Assembly (NCBI GenBank): GCA_002269645.1
Contig: NIVC01000083.1
Coordinates: 62,001 to 126,000, forward strand
Length of the DNA: 64,000 bases
DNA from: Macrostomum lignano
Taxonomy: Eukaryota
Direction of reading: 5' to 3'
The translations under genes were made by a program, and so were the position numbers. The notes under the pieces were generated by a model, which saw only the letters and a list, made by a program, of their open reading frames with translations, was not told the DNA's origin and did not search any database. Of this stretch, positions 22,592-35,284 are shown one piece after another (the first letter of the stretch is position 1; each line of letters starts with the position of its first letter).

Positions 22592-22661
22592 CTGAAATAG
22601 GCAGCATTTAGGCAGTATATGTATACAATTTATTTAAAAAAGTGTTGTTAAACTTTATATA

Positions 22662-22999
22662 TTTGTACACCCTGGCGCACTTTAAGCGACATAAGCACAC
22701 AACCAGTGAGAGGCATTATTGCCCATTCCGCCGGCTCCCCTGAGCAGGCATACAAACGCGCGGATACATATGCAGGCACACACTCTCACAGGAGTGTACA
22801 GCCACCCTAACTTTATTTTATCGTTAGGCATGTACACTTCACTGCGCCTTGGGGGTTTGGCTCTCAAGGCCATTAATTGCACAAGCAGAGCCAAGCCAAG
22901 ATTCCAATTCAGCCACAAATTAATGTGACTACACTTGGAATTGAGCCTAGGTCACTGGCCCACCAGAGCAGCTGCGCTACCTCTGGGCTATGGCCCCCC
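22662..22999 (-). mobile_element. tRNA-derived SINE, copy 2
   Basis: Reverse-complement homologue of 12822-13155 with scattered substitutions and the same A/B boxes. No clear TSD. Confidence 0.88.
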
Positions 23000-23344
23000 T
23001 GGTAGTACTCGTACAAGTTATTAAAGATTTCAATCAGTTAACCAAGAAACTCTAAATATTATATAAAATGCTAACATGAAATAGCTACATATATAAATAA
23101 TGGATAGACAGTATGCTTTGTATATATTAAAAACTCATGATAGGTGGCCCACTAAATATTTATCAAACCAAGACAAAAAATAGTAACTTCATATCAAGTA
23201 TGCCTAATGTTTTTTAGAGATGCTAGTAAATCTTGACCTTTCAAATTGCATCCTAAAGTGGAAATTTAGATATGAAGTCACGGGAAAATTTCTGATCGAA
23301 CAGTGCAAGTTTGAACAAAATCGGTCCAGCCATTTTTTCTCTAA

Positions 23345-23352
23345 TCGATCAC

Positions 23353-23385
<33 letters not shown>

Positions 23386-23395
23386 CACAGACAGA
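23345..23395. repeat. (GATA)n/(GACA)n microsatellite, possibly part of a Helitron-like non-autonomous repeat
   Basis: The microsatellite is directly visible. The Helitron link rests only on flanking resemblance (ATCCTATATACTAAAA on -). Confidence 0.5.
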
Positions 23396-25404
23396 CCATT
23401 TTTAGTATATAGGATATTATATCTTGTTTTTTCCTTTTATTTTGGGTTAAAAAATGGCATCCTGAAATTAGACCTTGGATGCAGTTTTGAATTCTAGTGC
23501 CAGCAAAAATTAGAACAGAATATCAATTTAGACTCATTAGGTTGATACTGGTTTATTTAATAAACTGGTTTAACTAATAAGTTTTGTACATCCCAGGCTA
23601 GGCCTAAGATTGACACCAAAATCAAGCAGTTCTTTGTTGTCTGATAGGTAAGAATTCAATTTCCATGCAATAATTATTCTGATAGGAATTATGCCTAACT
23701 CTAATCACTTGTAAATTTTTATCAGTGCAGTATTTTAGGGGCCTATATAGCCCAATATATTACTTTATAATTCCTATGAATAAAAAATCACATACAGTAC
23801 TGAATAAGAAATGAGATAAGGTAAAGTAGTATACGGAAAATTAGAAACTTTAATAAAAGATTCTATAATTAAATTAGCTAATTATCATTAGTAGCTAGAC
23901 CATTGCATTAGCTATGCTTTGCTATTGCATTTATCTCCTTCTAACATCAAACTTCTTATGGTATATTTAAGGCCGCCAAAATATAGATGTAAAATAAAAT
24001 TCAGTCAAACAGAAAGATGTGTTGTATCACCGTGAAGTTTCATATACCTAGCTGCCTGACACAGCTTAGTGAAAAACAACCCCCATTGATCGGCATGATT
24101 GAGCATGCAGCAAATTATTCAAAAATATACGATTTTAACGATACGTATTAACAAAATAAAACTGTAAAAAAACGAGCCTTACTTTTTCCCTTACTTTTTT
24201 CAGTGTTATAAAAATCATTCAATCTACGTTATTATATAGTAATGCAGCATAGAAACGTCAAATTTTGGGTTCCATAATGACTAAAGTTTGACGTTGATTT
24301 TTCAACCTACTTTCAACGAATATTTTACGTTACTTCTTTGCTATTTTACAGGTATAATTGAGCTAGCAAAATGATGAATATAAATGCATATTGACTCTGG
24401 CATCTAATTATGCAAAAATAAACTACAATATCAACGAAGACGGGCTGGGGTGAATAGATTTGCGAAGGTAATTTTTGCGACGTCAACGCAACCGCAAATT
24501 GACGTCAAAATGCTACCCGGGTAGGACACAAGTTGGGGTGGACAAAGGCCAACGCTGGGATCAGTTACGGGATCCAGCGGTGGTGCATCGATTGGAAAAA
24601 CAAAAATTGAACAAAAAATAAGCAAAGTAAATTAGGCACGGGGGTGGGGCAACAGAAGGGACCACAGACGGGGAAAGGACAAACCACACAAGGGCGCAAC
24701 CGCGGGACCAACCAAGGGGCAAACCCGGGAACGAAAGATGGCGGGACACGTCATTTCGCACCTCATGGTGGACCAAATGGGCCTAACCCGGGGACAAAGC
24801 AAAAAAACACCGGTGGTAGCCCACCTACCACACATGCCGTGGGAATAATTTAGTCTAGTATTACGGTTTAAGTGCAGTATAACAACATAACTTTGCTTGA
24901 CAATTTGTTTAATAGAAGTAAAGGTTTATTGGCCTTTTTATGCAAAAAAAACGCTGGTTGTGGTGTTGATCCAGATCAACAGCTTCTTAGTATCTCCTCA
25001 GTTCAAATTCCCTTTCAAAAAGCTATAAACTATTCACGTACTAGCATATGCTTGGGCGGAGGCAGAACGCCTGGGCAGACAGTGCGTCTGAAGGAGGGAA
25101 TAAGGCTGTACAACTGAGTAGACAGAAGGCAGAAATAAGTATGAAAGTAAGCGTGCAGTTTTTAAGACATAGCCATATACAGGGACAACTAAAACCCTCG
25201 GGACGCGAAACGAGCCAATTCATGGCAAAAAACCTGAGGGGCTCGCTTAAAAGTATTGTTCTATGGCTTTTTCAAGTCTTCTCTGCTATCAGGCATTAAC
25301 GGTTAGATTAAATAGTAAAGCGAGGCAATGTCGAGTATTTAATTTAAAGAATAGGAACCAGTGATATAATTATTTACAATAAAGTAACCGCCATATCAAC
25401 AAAA

Positions 25405-25548
25405 AAACTCCAACGGCAAGAAGATAAAGGATGAAAGCGAAGATGAAACTCCAACGGCAAGAAGATAAAGGATGAAAGCGAAGATGAAACTCCAACGGCA
25501 AGAAGATAAAGGATGAAAGCGAAGATGAAACTCCAACGGCAAGAAGAT
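25405..25548. repeat. 41-bp tandem repeat (~3.5 copies) inside the P-type element
   Basis: Unit AAACTCCAACGGCAAGAAGATAAAGGATGAAAGCGAAGATG. Confidence 0.85.
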
Positions 25549-25628
25549 AGAAGCAAATACGGAACTCCAAGGACAAGACGACACAAACAGTCAGTAGCTC
25601 GTACATAAAGGAAACGCTGGAACTTCAC

Positions 25629-25961
25629 CTACAGAGCATCTAACTTCCGAAGCTTTCTATCATGGGATGTCGTCGGTATTGGTGGGAGTTTTGACGAGCG
25701 TCTTACTAGTCCTTTGAAAAAAACGTTGGCTAGCCGACGGGACACACTGTCCATGCTGAACTGTGTCTTAGTTGGAAAGTAAAAGTCCTTAATAACATAA
25801 AACAGCTTCTGCACGCGAGTTGCGCACGTAGGAGAGTGCAGAATAAAACTGCTGTAGCAGAGACAGGATAAGTCTAACAGCCATTGTGGAGGATGACAAA
25901 GCTTTCCGCGAGATAACTCTTCAGTGAATTCGCTGGCTGGAATGCTCGTCTCTGATATCAA
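25629..25961 (-). pseudogene. C-terminal fragment of a P-type transposase
   Basis: LSRGKLCHP...RRLANVFFKG...RKLRKL resembles P-element transposase C-termini. Confidence 0.6.
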
Positions 25962-26669
25962 ATCTGTTCCTTTGATGCCTTCTTTAGTCGCTGTAACCTG
26001 TCAATTTCCAATAAAGCACGGTTTGAATTGTTTTTATGAGATTGTGTAAAACCTCGTTGTGAATTAAATTTTAATTAATATCCAGCTTACCTGCGATATA
26101 GTAGAGCGAAGCCATCTCCGAAATGGAAAGCTCCTAATCCCAACAAGTCTCGAACCGAAATCGGTGTATGCAGTTTGAATGCACGAATCAGAAAGTTGGG
26201 TGAGACAAAAATTCGAACAGACAGGTCTCCATCTTTATCTAACGTAAACAAGTAAACGTCTTCGTTCAGAATAGCTGTGTTCAGTGCATGTCGAGATACG
26301 ACATCCGAATTTTTCACCTCAGCTCGAAAACTTTCCCATGCCGGCAAAAAATCAAGCAGCTGAAAAGCGTCCATCTCATCGATGTCGCCGCACCTCGCGT
26401 CAGAAAGAACACCGCGCTTTTCGGCCTGTCGGTCCTGGTCTAAAATAAGAGTAAAAATAAAAGTAAGATAATTGTGAGCGGCAAAATCGATATAGACGCT
26501 AAGTGTTGAGCAATCTTTAAGTTACGTACCTTGGTTCTGAACAAAACACGAGCTAGGAACTCCATTAAAAACAGAAGGAGGATTAATTGGCCTTTCGGTA
26601 GTTTTTCTTGACCATTGGAGCATCGCTTGGCCAATGCTTTACGCACACGCCCATATTGTCAGTCACTCT

Positions 26670-26909
26670 CTAAAATAATAAATTTTGGGTTTCAAGTTGT
26701 TTGGACGAGACTGGCATGCAGAATTGAAGCGGAATTATGCAGACGTAATGACAGCAAATGATCTGGTTTCTTACCTGGAGAATATTTGGCAGCGCCTTTC
26801 TCCATCGCTCTCGCTCCTGTGGATCTCTGGGAAACGCAAATGTCCGTGTTCGAACGGCTTCAGAGTTGTAATTTGACGAGCACGGAAATACGCTGCACTT
26901 TCTTGGCAT
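26670..26909 (-). CDS. THAP zinc-finger exon of the P-type element (splice donor after NILQ)
   Basis: MPRKCSVFPCSSNY...TFAFPRDPQERERWRKAL gives the THAP C-x4-C, F-x-FP and W pattern; donor CAG|GTAAGA. Confidence 0.75.
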   Translation of the reverse strand: MPRKCSVFPCSSNYNSEAVRTRTFAFPRDPQERERWRKALPNILQVRNQIICCHYVCIIPLQFCMPVSSKQLETQNLLF

Positions 26910-28320
26910 TTCATCAAGTGAATAAAAATGCTTCTCTTGATATAGTTCAGCTTAGCTTCACTGCTGGCCGCAGCTAAAGCAATTTTAATTTGCCTGATAG
27001 CAGAGAGAAGACTTGAAAAAGCCATAGAACAATACTTTTAAGCGAGCCCCTCAGATTTTTTGCCATGAATTGGCTCGTTTCGCGTCCCGAGGGTTTTAGT
27101 TGTCCCTGGCCATATACTATAGGAAAAGCAAGACTATTTACGACAAAGTATCATATAAAATTTAGTACTGCCTCAGTATTAACAAGAAAGTAATAGGGAA
27201 AATGAAGGATGAGAAAGCTGGCGACAAGCCCATTCCTTTCCTCCCCATCCCTCTCTTTCCATCGGCCACTTCTATTTTTTAACCCCAATCGTAACTCTCA
27301 CCCCATCTGTTCAAATGATTTTCGGACAGATAATTTTTATATTTTAGATAATGCACACTTGTAATTGCTATAAAAAACCCTCCAGAACAGCCTCGAGCTG
27401 ATTCAAGAAACGTCAAAACCAATTGATTTCTACTCCCTGCTAAGATAAAGACGCAGAAAGCGGGCACGAGATCCATCAGTCTGTAGGCCGAGCAGGGCTT
27501 CAACAGATTCTCCAACTATCAGCCTTCGGGTTGGGTGATGACGGAGACCGTGGGCGAGCCTGACAAGGTTAAGGAGGAGGCAAAAGACACGATGCGCGTC
27601 TATGTGATGTGTTCCTTATTACCCGACTTTCGATAATCAAGGAACAATCACTTCTAGCTCAGTAGCTAGGCAACCCAGTAAGTCAACAGAAGGTATTCAA
27701 TTACCTTGAGTCCTTATGAGATACCTCTTCTTATCTTCTCAATGTAGATCTCGTGTAGATCTCGTTTGTAGTCTCTCAGTTGGTCTCGTGTAGTCACTTC
27801 TGACTGTCGTTCGTAGGTCGGGTCCGATTCTTCTTTTCTTCCTAGAAATAGTTCCGGCCGGATTCTGTCCCTCGGACCAATAGGAAGCTTCCAAATTAAC
27901 AATGGGATCCCTGCGCCAAACTGCGGTTTGAATTAAGCCTCCTTCTTCTAGCAGTGCCTCGATACACTCTGGGTATGGCTCCGGAAACCACTGATAGTCT
28001 TCTAAGATCTATCAGGGGCAGTCCTTCTGGAGACTGCAACCAGTGGAGTCTAAACAGACTCAAGAGTCTCAACAGACTCAATAAACTCAAGTCACACTGG
28101 ACTTGAGCGAGACGTCTCCAACACAACGGGCTTACCGCAACAACTCTACCGAGTCTCGATTGACTTGGTGATCAGGAAGTCCTCCTAAGGCTTCCTCTTC
28201 GGAGCTTCTCCTCTCGTCGGGAGTTGGCTCCTGGTCCGCTTCGGACCACTTGTATTTATAGGCGCATTTTCGGTCCAAAATAGCATCATTACAATTCACG
28301 TGTTGCGCTAAAAGGGGAAA

Positions 28321-31300
28321 ATGGCTCATTGCGTCTTTTCTTGGTAACCTCTTTTTCTGGTAGCGTGATTCATTCAAAAATCAGGTGCGCATGCGTGTAC
28401 TTACTTACTTACAGTAGCATCCTACGATTAACTTCTTTTTCCTTTTTTACGGGAGGTAGAACACTCTACATATGTTTATCCGATGGGAGTTGGTCCGGTG
28501 TTGATGAATGGGTGCACAGTTGCATCCTATCCCAAGACTAGCAAGTGCTACTCCAACAAGGTGCCTGGCAAGGGCAATACAATCTGCTTGAACCTCCTGG
28601 ACGCTGCCGCGTACATTGGCGTCGGCTTCGACGGAAGAGGATTCTACAAGATCGAGAGCCGTAAAGCCAGTCTGATGCAGCGCTACTGCTCCAGCATGGC
28701 CACCTTCCTGGACAAGGACGTGCCTGACACCATGAACGTGTTTGGCATCTTCGAGACAACAGCTGAGACCAAGTCCTTCCAATCTGCGGACGAGTACATG
28801 AGATACATCAGGGACAAAGCCGGTCTGTCAGAGCAGCGAAATTTGTTCTTGAGCGAGGCCCGCCAGCACGGCACTTCTAAGGCGTCTGGGTTCAATCTCG
28901 GTGCGATAGGTGGAATCGTCGGTGGTGCTATTGGAGCCATAGCGGGTGGCCCTGCGGGAGCGGCCTTGGGAGCGACGCTCAGTGGCGCGGTGGGTGGCTC
29001 ACTTTCATCTGGATCAGGAGACAGCTCTGGCAACTCGTCATCAACCACTAGCAGTCAATCAGCCTAAAAAAATTCACAGGATTCCCAGGCTGCAAGAAAA
29101 CAAGGTTCTACTGACGATTTCTTTGCCATCATGTATGTGAGTGTAATCATGTACAAAATTTCACTGGATGATGTGAAGCCTAATGACATCAACTTCGCTG
29201 CGCTCAGAGACTACATGAGTCTTCCAGAGTCCTACTTTTCAGTGGGCGCTGCCAGCAAATTTCAAGACTTTCTGCTACGCTGGGGCACGCATTTTAACCG
29301 GTCTGGAAAGTTCGGCGGTCAGCTAAAAATCACAAAGAGAGCAAAGACAAACAAGTTTGCGTCGTCGGAAGAGTTTGCCAGTCTGGCTGAGACGGAGTTC
29401 CAGTCAATGTTTTCCTCGCTGCAGTCAAAATATTCTCAGAAAACCACTCGGACAGGCTTTTTGGGTCTTGGCGGAAAGAAAACGACAAGAAAATCAAGCA
29501 GTGCAAAGTCCGAGAGCCAGTACAGGAGCACAAGAAATGAACGTAATCAAGAGTCTCACAGTTCTAGCGACTCCGAGTTCACTCAGACCACCGTGGAGGC
29601 TCAGGGAGGAACTCCGGAGATCGCAGAAGCCCTCGTTGACTTTTACACTCCGGCATTCAAGGAGCTGTACCACAGGTGGATCGCCTCCATCAATGACTAT
29701 GTGAAGCCGTTCGAGTTCAAGCTGAAGCCCATCGATCAGCTGTTCGACATGAACATGGGCGACCTGTTTCCGGCTGGAAACCGCGACTTTGGCTGTATTG
29801 GAAGTGCGGGAAGCAAAGTGAATATTTTGACGGAGCCCAAAACTCGTCGTCGCTACTACCTCGATGAGGAGACTTACTTTGCTAACAATAAGACAAAAAC
29901 GAAATTGGTTAAAATTTACTGCAAATACAAGAACCAAGAAGACTTTAAGAACGCTCTAAAGAGACGAAGACTCTCACTGGAGAAGGCCGTAGCTGCGTAC
30001 ATGACGGAAGGTCCTTCCCAACCTCCTCCCACGAGTTGAAAGCAGGGCAACCCGAATGTGAGAGCTCTACGCTGGCCAAGATCGACGTGTTCAACTCAAA
30101 TAACAACACACTGACGTTTCTGCAGCTCAAGAGAGCCCCGTTTTTAATTTCCTTTGATCTGCCCCAGGATATTCCGAACTTGTTGAAATCGCAAGCCAAG
30201 TATGTGATGACGTATCTAAAAGACAGGTGGTTTGCGACCGAGCCAGGGCACCATCATGCACACTTTGCACACTTTGCAAAGAAATGAAGCCACAAAAGAG
30301 AGACTATCAAAAGGGAATGGGGACACTTGGAGACAAGAACTTATACCAGTCCTACTTCTTGTGTGTGAACCAGGCTAATGATCAGTTCTAATGCAGTTCG
30401 GTAAGGCGGGCTCGAACAGCGAGATCGGCACTGTCTACTCTGGGTACAAGTTCCGACCGGACAGCCAGTACAGTCGCCTGTCTTTCTACACGTTCGGAGG
30501 GGGCTCGAAGTCTGTGTCGCTGATGGACATTCACCTCACCAAGAAGATGCCGCAGGTGGAGTGTTTGAACAGTAACTAAAAGTTGGTTGATGGTCACTGC
30601 TTGCTGGATTGTCACAAAGAGTGCATCGACTGCAATCTAGCAAAAGATGACACCAGCTGCTTCCAGTGTCACAATGTGCGCATTGAATTAAAACATTCTA
30701 TTGGGGGCATGAGAGTCAGGACAGTGCAGTGCTTACCAGAGTGTCCAACTGGCTATCAACTGAGTGACAGCAAGGAAAAGCTGTGCGTGCCCTGCCAACC
30801 AGGAACTTTCAAGAACACAACGGGAAATCCCCACTGCTTGTCATGCGCTCCTGGAACTTTTTCTGCATCACAAGCGACTGTGAATTGCATGCTCTGCAGT
30901 CCAGGAAATTTCGCTTCCAAGCCAGGATCGGTACAGTGCCAGCAGTGCCATGTTGGAACAGCAAGCAGGTTAAACGGATCTGCTTCGTGCGCGGCCTGCA
31001 GTGCAGGCTTGTTCGCAGCTCAGCGAGGTCAAACGGAGTGCACTCCCTGTCCAGTCGGACAGTTCAATAAAGCAGAGAGACAGGCGCAGTGCCAGTTGTG
31101 CTCTGCGGGGTCCTTCGCCGACAAGCCAGGACAGAAATCCTGCACTGCTTGCCCTGCTGGAACCTCGAGTGAGGAGGGCTCAGTGAGCTGCACCAATAAC
31201 TGCAAGAGGGGCGAGTTCAGTCCAGCCGAGGGCATCCCGTGCGCCAAGTGGCCTGCAGGCTCGTTCACTCCCAGCTCGGGATCGGTAAATTGCACTTTGT

Positions 31301-31994
31301 GCTCAGCTGGCACTTTCTCCTTCAACCCAGGTAGCAGCGAGTGCTCCAAATGTCCCGCTGGCACCTACGCCAGCGAATCTGGTTCCAAAAAATGCCATGA
31401 CTGCGATTTGAACTTCGCCCTAAAGCGCCGAATTGGAATGGCGCACTGTGACCTATGCCCCGACTCTGGGCTTACCTTTGGCACGGAGAAATGTCACCGT
31501 AAGTAGTTGCACTTCCAATACTCTATTTACTACCTTTATATAGCTTTTATTTATTCTAAATTTTTTCAGGCAAGCTGCACATGAGTTGCGAGGGATACGG
31601 GTACTATGATTTTTTATTAAAGGAATGTAAAAAATCTATTGATAACGATTTGAAAACGTACAGTAGACTGAGTTATGGCGAACGTATAAGTAATAAAGGC
31701 GGTGGTTCGGTAATTTCTCGCTTTTACTACAAGTACACACTCGACCAAGTTGCGTCTGTGAAAGGACTTATCAGCTGGCAAGGCGACCCAGTTGACTCTA
31801 CGTCACTGGAAATCATACTAAAAGATTCTAATAAAAATCATATTAAAAATTGTAAAACTAAAGTCGATATTCTTAATCCGTACTCAGTGCACGAGTGCTC
31901 TGCTTTTGACGTAAAATGCTTGAAGATTGCTATTTTCAGTGATTCCTGGAAGCCGGTGATCTATATCGCCGAGATTGCTCTGTATGCCGAGTAG
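28321..31994 (+). pseudogene. Disrupted MACPF-domain gene with a Cys-rich TNFR/ephrin-receptor-like repeat region and a C-terminal beta domain
   Basis: MACPF signature FQDFLLRWGTHFNRSGKFGG. About 10 CxxCxxGxF repeats at 30583-31498. GT-AG intron 31499-31569 in correct phase. In-frame TAA at 29065 and 30577; frameshifts near 28530, 30020 and 30250-30390. 5' start is tentative. Confidence 0.75.
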
Positions 31995-32743
31995 TTCAAC
32001 ATGCAGAAGAAATCACAGGAAATTATAACAATCACTCGAATGGTTGCAAATTTGTCGTAAAAGCGGACATTATTCTGCAAATATAACAAACACAAGCTAC
32101 TGGTTACCATTCGAAAAGTATAGTTAATTCCTTTGTTACTATTAACAGTAAAGTTTTTACAAAGAAGCTTTTTGTACTATAAGAGCGAATAGTTAAGACT
32201 GCAAGGGTTTTCCTGGGTTTTGCAAACTGCGAAGCCCAAGGTCTTTACTGAATACCTTAATTGATTCTATACAGGATGCTCACATTTCGGACAGCTAAAA
32301 GCACCATTGAACTGACGACTGCAAAATAGTTTTGATAAAGCTAGCGAATCGCATACGAATGATTAGTCCAAATGACAACAGCTGTGTAGTCTTTGAGTAG
32401 AAATTGAAATTGTTCTGGCAATGTAGAAAAGAAATGGCAGAATCCCGTATACTAAACTATATAGAAAAAATGAAATTAAACTGCAGTAGCTAGGACAAGA
32501 CCCAATAAAATGATATTAGTAAAACACTAGCAATCAGCGCCCCCCGTTGGTGAGCCTAAAAAATGCAGTACAAGTTGTTTTAATAAACTACATGTAGCAT
32601 CTCTTTGCCTTTTACCCCAGCAGTCCCTTGTAAGCCTTGACATGTCAGCAATTCCCCCCACAAGCCTTAACATATCAACTCCCCCCTTGACATCTCAGCG
32701 AGGCCCCCATAAGCCTTGAAATCTTAAAAAATCTGTTTACTTT

Positions 32744-32765
32744 CTAACCCTAACCCTAACCCTAA
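32744..32765. repeat. Short interstitial (CCCTAA)n tract
   Basis: CTAACCCTAACCCTAACCCTAA. Confidence 0.7.
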
Positions 32766-35284
32766 AGCATTGAAATTTCAGTAATTCTCTCTAAGAGTCA
32801 TTATAGCACTACTACAGCATTATAGCGATTCCCTGCAAGCCTCGACATCGTAGGGATTCCCAAATGAATCTCTTAACTTCGACATGAAGCTTCTTTTATT
32901 TTTTACATTACGCTTTTTCCATCAGCGATCCCTCCGGTGAGGAGCCAACAAATAATGTAATAAAAAGTTTTCAATAAACTACATGTAGTTTCTGACTTTA
33001 GCCTTGACATCTCATTTATTACCCCGTGAGCTTGACATCTCAGCTATTCCCCCGTAAGCCTTGACAAGACCCAATAAAATGATATTAGTAAAACATTGCC
33101 TGGCATGGGACAAGAAGATTTAAAATTTGAGCTTAATTGCGGAGTTATTATCAAGTAATTAAACTATGCAAATTCCTTCTGGCTATACAATGAGCAGTTA
33201 GCTAATGTTTGAACTATTTTGTATGGTATCGCTCTTTGTTTGATCAATGATCATTTAGCCAAATAAGGTTATTGGTGATCATTGTAGCGGTTGTATTGAA
33301 ATTGACCAGCATATGGTTGACAAGTATTCTTAGTTGGCAAATGGGGTTGGCTATGTACATATTGTACGTGAAACTATTGTCAGAATGCCGTTGACGGTAT
33401 ATATGTTCTGGACATTATTGGTGGTCCAAATGGGTGTCAGTTCCTCTCTTATTGGGGGCAGGCAGGTGACATTATTTATAATGCGGTTAAACATTAAAAT
33501 TCTGCAATGTATGGAGAATATATTCATGGTAGTGTTTGCAGAAGTTGCGTAATCGTTTGTAAAGAGAAGCGGAGATTTAGTTGCTTCAGGATCAAACAGC
33601 GGGATCCATGTTTCCTCACCGGACATGATCATCAGTCAGCTTGCTAAAGTCATCCCACCCACCTTGCTTCTGAATGAGCTCGATTTTTACTTCGCAATAT
33701 ACTCTCTCGCTGTGCCTTGAGCTCCGGTGTGAGGAGGCGGGGGACTCAGTGGGCTGAAGTACATGTACGATGGAGCAAATATGAGAGATCCAGATCAGCT
33801 AGTGGTGACGATTTACTGGACTGTTGACTTGGAAATGTCTAACTTAGCGATTGTGCTGTATCTGTACTTCTCAGGTTGCGTGAGCACTGCTGTGGAGGCT
33901 CTCTGTCTTCGTATTTCTTCGATGGTAGCCTTCTAGTGCTGCCACCAGTCCCTCAAGGTCTCAGTCTTCGGTGAGGTGATCGAGCGCCTTTCAGAACGAT
34001 CGAAACAAGTCGAGCGAACTCAGCACTTCGTGCAGATTTACGATTTAGACGGATGGTCAGTTAGTTCCTGCCGGGCTCACTGGGTGGTTGGTTGGTGGTG
34101 GGTGGTTACGATGTTAGCCCCAGGCAGACTCGGGAGTCTGCATGTGATTGGCTGAGCGTTCAGTTGAGACAATGCTACGAGCGTAGATTGCAGATTCAGG
34201 CACTCGCGGGACAAAGAGAAGTCGAGAGGAAAACAACTGAAAATCTTGGTGGAAACAATTGGGTCAGGGGTCCATACTTATAATCCCTGGTGCAAGAATC
34301 TCATTGCACCAGGTCATTGCACGCAAGACTCCCATCGCGCCAGTGCACGCGAAATTGCCTGACACAGCTAGTAGCTGTTTTTTAGAAACTGACGTCAGTT
34401 TTTGCCTCGGAGAAGATAAGGGTCCCCAGACATGTGATTCTGCCATACGCATGGACCGAACATAATGTAAAGTAAAGGTGTTTACTGTACTTTGGACTGC
34501 GAGAAAGCAGAGCCTGTCACGTGACTGGCTCACATGACAAGGGAAATGGTAGCGAAACCACCAGTGACCACTGGACGTAGAGCGAACCAAGAGCAAGGCC
34601 AAGAGCTTGTAAACCGATTTCTTTTGTTTCTTCTGGCGTTCGGCAAAGCTTGGAACTATAGCCAAACTAATTAAATTTAAATCCGGCTGGCCGGATCTAG
34701 ATCAGCATATGACTGCTTCAGAAATTGAGCTTGTTCTAAAAAACAAATACAATGCATCACAAAGGCATAATTTAAGCAAAACAGCCCACAAAATTAAGTA
34801 CTACAAGACATGCGATAGTGAAATTCACGATACCCAATGTATTACTTCTACTAATCCTCGCGTAGACTTCTGTAGGATCGAACCGCGGCACACAAATCCA
34901 TGTAGATCTATGCGGAAAGCTTTTCCCAGCGCGTTTTTGGCAGAAAAACTCCCAACAGGTGAATCTGAATTACCCTACTGACCAAAGATTAATTGATGAA
35001 GCACAACGCGTTCGTAAAATTGCTGCGTGAAGGCAGGGAGGCAGAACTGTTCAGAAGTTATTAGCGATATAGCAGAGCTATATGCTATTCCACTACTGGC
35101 CGTTATCTTTAATGCGCACGAGAAAACGGCCTGCCACTCTACAGGTGTATAAGAGACAGGCAATCCTCGCAAAAATGCCAGCTAAAGAATCATGGAGTTC
35201 TATTGCCTATAATGATCAGGAGAGGGAAACCTTATAAGTCGAATATCATCGGTATGGATTCTGGATTTTATGTCTATAGTATCC

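Larger units (their letters stand above)
15901..24521 (-). mobile_element. Complete CACTA/EnSpm (CMC)-type DNA transposon, 8621 bp
   Basis: TIR CCCGGGTAGCA at 15901-15911 and its complement at 24511-24521. 3-bp TSD TAG on both sides. Subterminal TGACGT repeats. Internal transposase and accessory gene. Confidence 0.85.
25180..27108 (-). mobile_element. Internally deleted THAP/P-superfamily DNA transposon, 1929 bp
   Basis: Near-identical ~115-bp TIRs starting CAGGGACAACTAAAACCC. 8-bp TSD GCCATATA at 25172-25179 and 27109-27116. THAP exon and P-type C-terminus inside. Confidence 0.88.

Noticed and set aside
29065-30579. TAA stops in the MACPF gene as evidence for stop-codon reassignment or readthrough
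   Set aside because: TAA is used as a normal stop by neighbouring genes, and the same gene also has frameshifts, so decay or assembly error is simpler.
33334-34665. ORFs of 72-133 aa as host or viral genes
   Set aside because: No recognisable motifs and no consistent frame or splice structure.
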